Positions 37,470-47,551 of a DNA stretch of 64,000 bases are shown piece after piece. This stretch comes from Zancudomyces culisetae HAW-14-8. Its lineage: Eukaryota; Fungi; Kickxellomycota. The stretch spans positions 1,054,001 through 1,118,000 of the forward strand of contig JBNJNM010000007.1 in the NCBI GenBank assembly GCA_052426225.1. The letters are read 5' to 3'. Position 1 is the first letter of the stretch; each line of letters opens with the position of its first letter. The notes below the pieces were generated by a model. That model saw only the letters and a list, made by a program, of their open reading frames with translations. It was not told the origin of the DNA and searched no databases. A program made the translations under genes and the position numbers.

Positions 37470-38076
37470 TCTTTAATACTCCTTTATAAGAAACAATAAA
37501 TCACTTTAGAGTCAAGTTTAGTGAATGAAAATATTATTTTTCTAGTCTTAAAAAGCTGAGATTAATTAAAGTATCCAATCTTTGCATAAATAAATTACAA
37601 TATTCTACTTTAAAGCGAAACCAAAATGATCTACAAGCTTTAATATTTACGTATATTTTAGTTGATAGTATATTTTAATGTCACAACAAGTATACAAATA
37701 TTAAAAAGATAGTGGGTAAAAAATTTCATAAAACATAGTATGAAAAGTCTGTTCCCGCAACTCTAGAGACAGCATACTCACTGGTAATTGATCAGATGAT
37801 GTATTTTCTGCCTTAGGTAGATCAAAGCCAATTATCTTAATAAACTATGTGTACTTTACCAATGATAATATTACTAATTTAATAAACGGAATAAATTGAA
37901 TACTGGTAATTTAATTGCTATCTAGTAGTAAATTCTAAATTTATAATCGATTCATGCAGCAACTTATGTATCTTCATGTATATTGTTCGATATATATTTA
38001 TTTAAATAATATATAAAGACCCTTAGAATTAGTTAAAGTAACGACTAAAACCAATAAAGTTTTAAAGACTGGCAAG

Positions 38077-38481
38077 TTAGTAGTAGTATCCACCATAGTA
38101 TGGGTATCTGTAACCGTAACCATACGATGGATATCCGTAGTATCCGCCATAGTATGGGTAGCCGTAGTATCCGTACCACCAACGGTCATCGGTTCCATTT
38201 CCTGCATCACCACCTTCTGCTGAAGGATCAACAGTTTGGGCAGAATCATCGTCAGCTGGTGCAACTTCCTCCTCCTCGTCAGCACGCTTGCGGTAGGCCG
38301 GAGCGGCAAAGCGGTTGTTAAAGGCAGGGCGAGATGGTGGAGCATATCTTCCAAAGTCCTGGACCTGTTCCATAGGTGGTTGCATAGGTCCGACATTTGC
38401 TCTTGGTCTTGGAGCGGATGCAGCATTTACTGATACTGTGGCAACTGCGGCTGTGAAGAGTGCGAGTGTTGATTTTACCAT
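38077..38481 (-). CDS. Secreted prepropeptide with basic (Kex2-type) sites and a Tyr/Gly-rich C-terminal peptide
   Basis: Signal MVKSTLALFTAAVATVSVNA, Pro/Arg-rich segment, YRKR, acidic spacer, then DDR-WWYGYYGYPYYGGYYGYPSYGYGYRYPYYGGYYY. Probable 5'UTR intron at 38575-38491. Confidence 0.82.
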   Translation of the reverse strand: MVKSTLALFTAAVATVSVNAASAPRPRANVGPMQPPMEQVQDFGRYAPPSRPAFNNRFAAPAYRKRADEEEEVAPADDDSAQTVDPSAEGGDAGNGTDDRWWYGYYGYPYYGGYYGYPSYGYGYRYPYYGGYYY

Positions 38482-39763
38482 TTTTGATATCTAGTTTAAA
38501 ATGAGCGTTGTATGTAGCTGATTGCTAATGCAATATTTTAATACAAATGATTGTGATTATGCTTTAAATTGATACTTGAAGAATCTTCAACTGTTGATAA
38601 TTTTTTATTTTGGCAGTGATATCTTGACCCATTTTATACTTTTTCTATTCATATTTTTAATCTACTTTACTCTTTAATCGCAAATAACGGATTTCCTATA
38701 TTATCTTTAAAGAATTCCAGAATAGTCTAATTTTAGAACCGTAAAGAATATTGGTAATGATTATAGGGCTAAATTTGAATGTATGTGTAATTTTAAAGAA
38801 TCAGGTTAGTAATTTACCATAACCGTAACTCTAATATTTTAAAAAATTGTTATTTTGTAGTAAGTGTTAAAGCACAAAGAGCAAACAATATTGATTTGTG
38901 TTCGATAATTGTGTTTACTTGATTTATGGTAAAGTAAAACGCGAGCTTAACAAATACGCTAGAGGTATTTTGTAATTCTTACATATCACAAAAAAAAGTT
39001 TATTTTTAATTTGATTTTGACTTTTGAATAACAAATACCAAAGTATAATCATACCCGTGCTACAACCAGTTATGGATTATTGGTAATCTAATTCATCCTA
39101 CTGATATTTAACCAGAGCAAATAATTATCGATTTAACGGTGATTTAGTGAACAAAATAAATAAACTAAAAATAGTATTTAAAGTCAATCTATTCTTAGAA
39201 ATTGTTTAAATTATCTAAACCAAATAGAGTAGACCCGATCCTATTATATCGATAATTTTAATATGTCTTTACTTTCACCCTTCTTTTTTATATTGAGTAA
39301 TAATTGTTGTAGACGGAAAATAATAAAAATACTATTATTAACATAATGTGAATGACCATAAGATCGCCCCTTCCCAATGATTACAAATTGTCTAAAATAA
39401 GTAAAATAGTGAGAATGAAGCAGCGTTTCAAATTTTATCATACTAGGTAAGCATATTTACTTTTTTAGATTGCACTAGTGAATCTTGGTGTTCTAATGGC
39501 ACAAATAAACATTATTATACAGCTAAACAAAATGTATCAAAGTTTGTGTATGGTTTTATTGTTTGGTAGTTTAACTTAGATGGAAAATAGAGTCTAATTA
39601 ACATCACATGTTTCCAACTATCTTGATTAAAAAATCGAACCAAAAAGACAGCAATAGATAAAAAGAATTTAGTATATTTATCAAGATAAAGAAAAATAAA
39701 ACATAGCTACAGCACGTTTTTAGAGGGTACAATTTATAAATATTGTATAAATAATGTAAAAAA

Positions 39764-39985
39764 CTATAAGACCAGTTGAGAGAGAACGGTCTGATACCCG
39801 CATGTTGTCAGGCTTCTCATACGCAAAAAGGCTTGATCAGCAAGCTCTTTAAATGGGCCATGTGACTCTCTGGAGTCCACCTTCATATTGATGGTTCCAG
39901 AGCGATCACTGTCTGATGAATAACGGCCTTCATCCTTGGCCTGCTGGATCCATGCTGATTTCAGTTTATGCATAAGACCTGACAT
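39764..39985 (-). CDS. Microprotein (73 aa), KDEGRYSxDSDRSG family copy A
   Basis: AAAATG context; paralogue at 49088-49330 differs mostly by synonymous changes in the core. Confidence 0.7.
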   Translation of the reverse strand: MSGLMHKLKSAWIQQAKDEGRYSSDSDRSGTINMKVDSRESHGPFKELADQAFLRMRSLTTCGYQTVLSQLVL

Positions 39986-40749
39986 TTTGATTGAGATTTT
40001 AATATTTAAAGTTTTATAAGTTTAACTAGCCGTAGCACTATTATCTTTTTTTGTTATAACTAAAACCAATACATTTTACTTTTAAAGTATTCTTTATTTC
40101 TTTTCTCTTACTCTTATAAAATTTTGAACTATTAAAAGAGCTAAGAAATCCTCATTGAGGCTTACTTTGTTTATATATAACTATTTAAATAAAACTACTA
40201 TAGCTATATTTATTTAACGTATGTTTCAATATTGATTTACTGTGTTTTTGCCTGTGGTTATGGTGTTTGATTCTTTTTATGTTCTGTTTGTTTTTATATC
40301 AAACAATCGATATACTATTTAATAAAAAATATTTTTATTTGTATTTCAATTTTATTATTTTTCTGTGACTATTCGATCTGTATTTCATTGATATCTGTTA
40401 TCATAATTTTTAAATTTTTTTTTGTTGAATATTAGTTTATTGAAATACTGTTAATTAAAATATTTATTTGTTTTAATTGTGTCCAGCACGATCCGGGTAC
40501 ACTCATAAAGTACTTTCAAGCTCTTAAGTCTACAAAAATAATAAAAAAATAAGCTAATGAACTCTACCTTTGATAATTAGCCGAGATGCAACACAATAGT
40601 CCAGTCAAAGGGAAAACCAACAGCGCAACATATGAAATTATATATTTATTATCTCAAGAGATAGCTGCCATTATATCCTAGTAATATGATAATACCTACT
40701 ATATACACAATATACTAATACCCGTAATATAAATAACTTTTAATAATAG

Positions 40750-41208
40750 CTACCAACACTACAAACAAACGCTAATACGAATCGATCTGGGAACCGTCAT
40801 ACAAATGCATTTGATTTATCAGGATTTGGAAACCTAAATTCCCGAAACACAAACAACAATAGTAGTTCTACCAGCAACATAAACGCTGGAGCAAGTACCT
40901 CGGTATCAAAATTGAACTCTGATACGCTGTTTCATCGACTAAAGCTTGATTCTAGTTTAATAGACAAATCACCTCTTCCTCAAGAACTAGAAAACTCTTG
41001 GGATACTAACCCATCAAAACTTGCAGATTTATTTACTAAACGCAAAGAGTTTATGGTTTTGCAGGCACGAAAGTAAGAAACTACATTCTAGTGGTGTTTT
41101 CTATATAATATGAGTGTTTTTCAATGTTTTTTTACATCTATTTTTACAAATAGAAAATTCCTGAAAGACAAAGGCAGCTTACTGAAAAGGCACAATAGAC
41201 TAGGATAA
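40750..41208 (+). pseudogene. 3' fragment of a Cue1/Cue4-like ERAD factor (E2-binding U7BR/G2BR-like tail)
   Basis: Exons 40750-41072 and 41154-41208 (intron GTAAGA..ATAG) give DTLFHRLKL...SWDTNPSKLADLFTKRKEFMVLQARK|KFLK. No upstream CUE/TM exon or start codon found. Confidence 0.5.
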
Positions 41209-41281
41209 TTTTTTTTGGCGCCATTTAGGTATTATGAATAGCTTACCCTGATATTAATATATAACTTTTTAATAATATCCC

Positions 41282-41322
41282 ACAGAAAACAGACAGAAAA
41301 CAGACAGAAAACAGACAGAAAA
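41282..41322 (+). repeat. 11-bp minisatellite (ACAGAAAACAG) x~3.7
   Basis: Direct reading. Confidence 0.85.
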
Positions 41323-42649
41323 GCGCAGATTATTAGAAAAATTTATTAAAAACCTGTGGTGCTACTTTACTACCTATAATTCAGTTAAAAGGATGAATAA
41401 TGTGTCTAAATGCTTATCTATTCTTCACCATTCGCTCATATGTATCCTCAAAAGGTGATAAAATTTATATTTTCCGCTAAACCTCGTACTTATAAAGAAA
41501 AGTAGCACATCTTCATAATGCTTGCTTGTCATTTTTTAAACAAATTTATTTACTTTATGTACTGATAATATTATCAAGTGTTATGGCTAGGTTTATTATT
41601 TTTCTATCTAGTCTAAAATGTATTTACTAAAAGTGTCCTTGTTGAATGTAGTTCACTTTACAAATAATCACCAAGTAACTCTCACCGTCGTAACTAGGCG
41701 CAGTACTGGATAACGTTCAAGAGTTATTCTTCAAGTTACGTTTAGTTTTCTTTATTTTTTAATGCTCAAACCTTAATCTGTTCAAAATATTAAGATTATA
41801 ATTATTATATGATAATATTGTAAAATGTCTTTCTTATTTTTATTTTTTTTCTCGGTCTGTTTGAAAACGAAGGGTAATTTAACCCTTGTAAAAGTTGGGG
41901 TCCGGTTTCATATAAATTAAATGACTTAACCGACTCGATTCTGATACAAGCCTGACGCCCGTTTCAAACTCACCCCGGCAGGTTTACATTTGAATTTGAG
42001 ATAACCCCTAATCACATTACGCGACTACAAAATCTAGATTTCTGAATTATTAACGATAACCATATTTGTACTTGTATAAAATGAAGATATTAAATTCGCT
42101 AGAAATTAGTGAGCTGACATACTATTTCATAGGTTGACCTCACATGATTGATAAAAATGTACAAAAGCCTTATATTTATATTCTGGGCAGACCTCTGGAA
42201 GTGCAAATAAGCATAAGTCGGATCTGCTTTAATTTAAAAGACAAATGCTTTATTTAAACGTTTTTGTTTTGCTAATTAAATAAACTGTAACCTAGAGTTT
42301 AAGTCCACTTGTAATTAATTAATTTTTAGTATATTAAACACCGAAAATTCAAAGTCGAGGCTAGCGTTCAAACATTAACTTTAGCGTATTGGTTATCATT
42401 TTTGAATTTAGAAAAGTATACTAAGTTGTAGCTCAAAATTGACATTCTAGAAACGTATAGGTATAATGCAACAATAAGCCCATTACAATATTATACAAAG
42501 TGAAGTGGTGTTTTGTATAAGTAAGATATTTCATGAGAAATAAAAGTATAAAAGGGGTTACAATTCCCTCCAAAGTAGAAAACATATCTTAAGTAGAATA
42601 AACAATTCACTTATTAGACGAAAAAATCTTTCAAAAGTTAATCAAAAAA

Positions 42650-43060
42650 ATGAAGTTCTCCGTATTCAGCATGATGTGCTTGAGCCTGGGTATGACCAGT
42701 GCATACAGCATCGCAGATTCAAATCAAGCTGCCAAAAACAAACAAGCAGACAACAGTCCCAACCGCCTTTGCGGTTGTCATCATCAAAAAAAAATGAAGC
42801 TTGAGATTTTCAGTAAAACCCATTATCAAGGGAAAAGTCAAATCAAACATTTGAAACCAGGTCGCTGCTATAACATTCCAAGTACCGGAAGTGCAAAAAT
42901 GGACGATGGTAAACCAGGAAGTGGAGATATTACGTTTTGTGTAGAGGCAGACTGTCAAGGGCACTGCTTTACCGCATCTAGAAGCATTCTACTTTATCCA
43001 GATAATATCCCAGGAATTGATCTTGGTGCTTATGCAAAATCAGTAGGATGGACTCTCTAG
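42650..43060 (+). CDS. Small secreted beta/gamma-crystallin-like family member 3
   Basis: Signal peptide; PNRLCGC, LEIFSKTHYQG, GRCYNIP, DDGKPG, FCVEADCQGHC, AKSVGW; TATA at 42547. Confidence 0.85.
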   Translation: MKFSVFSMMCLSLGMTSAYSIADSNQAAKNKQADNSPNRLCGCHHQKKMKLEIFSKTHYQGKSQIKHLKPGRCYNIPSTGSAKMDDGKPGSGDITFCVEADCQGHCFTASRSILLYPDNIPGIDLGAYAKSVGWTL

Positions 43061-43391
43061 TGGGTATTTTAGAACTATTTGAAAAGGTTTTACTAGTTAG
43101 TATATAGAAGTTTCAATATATAAGCTGGATTTGACACTTGCTCTATAGATATTTATTAATTTAAATATTGCAAGTGGAAATAAACTATTTTACTGCTATA
43201 AGTTCAAATGTACAAGCTGGTGCTTTAAATAATCTATATATATCAAAGTTTTTTTAATTCTGACTTTTCTAGTATGCCGATCTTATTAAAGATAATCTAC
43301 ATATATGGGGAATAAAAGTTTGCATTTTAACCAAATAATTAATCAAGAGATTGAACTTGAAAGCATTAATTGGATTAAATCATGTTATTAG

Positions 43392-44514
43392 TTGTTATGA
43401 ATACACTTGTATCACAACAGTATTGTATATTAAATACATAAAAATTAATGTTTATTAATGATAATCTTGTATATCATTAATATTGTTTAATTATAAGTTT
43501 ATATATTTAATTATTATTATATTATTAGTTTTAAACATTAATATAGTGCATATTAATGATGTTCGCTTAATAGTATATTATAATTGGTTTTATTACTAGT
43601 TTAAGTTTTATATTAATATTTATAACAAACTTAATTGTATAAAAGGTGATTCATTTCCTTTCATGAACAGATAAGTTTGTCAATCTCGTTTAACAATAAT
43701 AAAGATATTATTAACAAATATTATATTATTACTGTGTGTTTTAAACTAGTATAATTAATAATAACTTTTATAAATTAACTGTGTGTTAATTTGTTAATAC
43801 CATCATTATTGTGTATAATATTGGTATCTAACACTGCTTGACCGTGCGAGAATGCGCATTAAAGGGTATTCAGAACCCTTCCTTGATCACCTGGAGTACT
43901 CATTGGTGATCGGTAAGCTTCCATGCCTCCTGGAAGAGCTTCAGTCAACCCCTTACTTTCGGGGTCTGATGCTGTTGCCACCCCGAAAATTATTCTTAGG
44001 AGTATTAAAATGGGGCTGCCACTGCCCATGAACCAGGTGTGGCTCTTGGAGCTGTGACTGCTGTGTTAGATACCGAAATTATACTAAGTAAAGATATTAT
44101 TAACAAATTAACACACAGTTAATTTATAAAAGCTATTATTAATAATTAGTATTTATCTCACAGTAATACATGCAATAATACATGTTATTATCTTTATTAT
44201 CGTTAAACGTGATATACAAACAAATCTTTCATGTAAAGGTATATTATCTCCTTTTATACAATTAAGTTTGTAATAATTATTAATATATAATTTAATCTAA
44301 AAAGCGTATTATTTAATATACACAATATTAATGTTGATACGTTCATTATTGATTTTGAGTATCAATATTAATGTTATATACTAATACTTATTATTAATTA
44401 AATAATATAATCTTGTAATACAATAATATATGAAACACAAGTATATCATTAATAAATTAATTATATTGTATTTAATATTCAATATTGTTAAGATACATGT
44501 ATATTCTAAAACAA
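43392..44514. repeat. ~1.1 kb imperfect inverted repeat (arms ~43392-43837 and ~44060-44514) around a GC-rich structured core
   Basis: Arms align by eye along their whole length, including a perfect CTTTTATAAATTAACTGTGTGTTAATTTGTTAATA block, with frequent small mismatches and bulges. Confidence 0.9.
43838..44059. ncRNA. Putative structured RNA domain of unknown family
   Basis: GC-rich island tiled by short hairpins (see findings); no coding frame; no family recognised. Confidence 0.45.
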
Positions 44515-44774
44515 TGGTGGTGGTGGTGGTCATGGCCTACATTTTTGGAGGGGCCAAAATATTTGCCAATACTTTTGCCTACACTAGTGCCTACACTTTC
44601 GATCGCGATGACGGTGGCAGTAAGGTCTGCATACTTTACGACGACGACATTGAGATCTACAAATCCTGCATTATTGTTTGAAAGGTAGACGTTCTTTGGG
44701 GCTAGTTCACCTTTTTTTTTACATACCTTGTATTTGGCTAAGTTGGCCGTGTGGAGGTTAGTTTGACCTTTCAT
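44472..44774 (-). CDS. Hypothetical 100-aa protein with HDHHHHH near the C-terminus
   Basis: AAAATG context and higher GC than flanks; its end runs into the right arm of the inverted repeat. Confidence 0.4.
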   Translation of the reverse strand: MKGQTNLHTANLAKYKVCKKKGELAPKNVYLSNNNAGFVDLNVVVVKYADLTATVIAIESVGTSVGKSIGKYFGPSKNVGHDHHHHHCFRIYMYLNNIEY

Positions 44775-47143
44775 TTTTATATTATTTTAATTATTATTTT
44801 TAGTACATTACCATTATGTGAAAAAAGTTTTTTAAAGATTTCTATTTGGCTGGCTCCGCTATCTTGAGATTGAGCGGAAACTGAAAAGAGTGCAATAAGG
44901 CACAACTATTTGATTATAACCATCCTGTACTATTGTCTGGCTCTTTATTCCGTGTTAATTCTGTTTGTATAACCGAGCTCCTACAACTGCGTGACTAGCT
45001 AACTAGAAAAAACACAACGAATTGCTGTTAGATCTTGGCTGCCAGTACCTCTAAGTTTTTTAATTTGTATTCCTGTGCCTGAAGTTTTATTATGACATAT
45101 AACACTACTATATTTTATTACTGCTTCTTGCTTGTTAGCTATCTGAGAGTGCAACAAAATGATACTAAACTAAATCACGGTATTTTTGACATTTTTATAT
45201 TTTTGTTAGATGGAATTTTAAATACATATTTTCTACAATATACAGCTCGCTTGTGGATAGTTGAGTTTAGTTGACCTTCTCTCTGATATTTACTTTTAAC
45301 GTGAGTATTCCAGTTTTATTTTACTAATAAATAATTATTAAACTATGTACACTTTCTTCTATTTAACATTCTAGATCTTTTATAAACGTCATTTATGTTT
45401 ATTAAAAGTTACAATCAAATATACTTATTAAGAACTAGATCAAAAAAAAGTTAATTTATCGCACTGACAGGGATTTTATTTTAGTTCTAGCTAAAGTCAT
45501 TAATATATTAAAATTGAGCCCGATAAACTTAGCAAACCTGAACTTGATAATTTACTAGAGCCTAAAGAATATAATTGAATGTTAACTTTTATTTAGGAAT
45601 AATGTGAGGTAGTAATCATCTAGATCAATCACAATATTTACGATACTACAGCTATTGGTTTGGTGGTTATTTATTGAAATGTATGATCTCACACTCTCGC
45701 ACTATTTGTTCATAAAAAGGTCACCTTTAATTTTTTTTTGATAGAAATGTATAGTAAAAGCGTATAGGTGTTGAGATTTTAGAGTTTCGGAGATCATGAA
45801 GTTGGGCTGAAAAGATTTGTAAATATAACATGCCCGAGACTTGCCCTAAAAATTCTCATTTTTTTTTTGGCTTCATGTACGGAAGTTGACATATTTTTCA
45901 ATATTTTTAAACGAGATTCTCGCTATCTTTATTGGGTAATATTCTTTTTGTTTTATTTAATGCTTTACAAGTCAAGGACAACTATAATTTGATATTTTGT
46001 TTAGCTTTTTAAATTCATAATAATATACTTTGATAAGTTGATAATAGTCCAGATTGTGCTAATAACTTTTTAACAAGTCAAGAATAACATTAATAAATAG
46101 TTGAAAATATATTTTTATTCTCATACACCCAAGCTACAAAGTTGATGTAATAAGCCTTTAGCGTTTTTCAAAACTTTCAAGCATACAACACTTTTTCTAA
46201 ACATTTTTTTATAACAGGTATTTATTTTTGTCCTTGTAAGATTTTGAATTAAAACTAATATGAATCATCCATAATTTAAAACCATATTTTAGAATAACAA
46301 CACTTTAAACATTACCAATTATACAAAAAAACTGTATCATTTATGAATGTAGCGAAGGATATGACTATTTTTAAAATCAATAAAAAGAGAATAAAGTAAG
46401 TGGCTCTACATTTGGTAAACAAAAAACACTTTATAAATAGATAATTAAAATATGCCAAATATAATAATAGTTTAAAAAGTCATGAATAGATGCCATCAGA
46501 ATATGTATCCTTCTTATCATTGTAAAACTAAGTATCGCAGGAATATGATACTATAATTGTTTCTGATTATTTACGCAGTGATAATTGTTTAAACTTCATC
46601 CAACTAAACATATTAAACTTGATATATTAAATAGCCTAACACAAAATTGCACGGAATAAATCACATGTTAGGTGAAAGAGATACATGTATTCTCGCACCG
46701 TTAGACAATGCTTTTAAATCTCAAATTATTCATATTACGGGTATTTATTTATATGAGATAATTATGTGTCACATTTTTACCTCTTTAATTAACACTGAAA
46801 ACTATTATAGAAGTTTGAGAAGATAAATGCTGAACATATTTATCAATCTATATTAAAACATTCAGTGTGATAATATATGTCAGACGGAATCCTTACACCT
46901 TTATGAATATACATTCTTTCAAACTGTAAAATCTACTGGCTGTTAAATAATGCCTGGTCATACCCGATTTGAAATTTATTTCTAGTAAAACCACTTTTCA
47001 AATATGCTCCAAACATTTCTATTTAATGTTGACGAACTTCACTAAACGTGTTTATTTCATAGATTTCGGTTCTAATATTTAAAAGATTTTCTATCTCTAA
47101 ATCAAATATCCATACGTTAAAAATAGTCGAATTCTGACTCTAA

Positions 47144-47551
47144 CTATGCTAGGAACCAAATCATAGAGTTTGCAGGTCCTCCAACATTGTCAGCTTCCAC
47201 ATCATATGGGTAAAGCCAGGCTTTTCTACTTATAGTTGTACACTTTCCACTACAGTCATTACTGTGGCATAGTGCAGCCCATCCGCGCCCTGGTTGTCCA
47301 TCGTCAAATCGAAGTGATAGGGCACTTGGTAATGAGACACATCTGTTTGGTCTTATATTTAGGGTTTCACCTGGACTTTGGAGATTTTTCTCTTTGAACA
47401 CTTCGACCTTCATTCTAGCGCTGCGATTTCGACAAGAACAAAGTCTGTTTGGTCCAATTGGGTATCTATTGTGTTGGCGTAAAGACAAGTCACCCATGCT
47501 GTTTGCAAAGGTTAGTCCCAAAGCTGCTGTTCCGATTATAATGGTCTTCAT
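47144..47551 (-). CDS. Small secreted beta/gamma-crystallin-like family member 4
   Basis: Signal peptide; PNRLCSC, VEVFKEKNLQS, NRCVSLP, DDGQPG, LCHSNDCSGKC, LYP, ANSMIW; closest to 42650-43060. Confidence 0.85.
   Translation of the reverse strand: MKTIIIGTAALGLTFANSMGDLSLRQHNRYPIGPNRLCSCRNRSARMKVEVFKEKNLQSPGETLNIRPNRCVSLPSALSLRFDDGQPGRGWAALCHSNDCSGKCTTISRKAWLYPYDVEADNVGGPANSMIWFLA

Noticed and set aside
43826-44020. Twister-like CTAACACTGC, hammerhead-like CTGATGC..GAAA and RNase MRP-like AATGGGGCT in the hairpin core
   Set aside because: Partner elements are absent: no twister pseudoknot strands, hammerhead A9 and stem I missing, no matching P4 5' strand.
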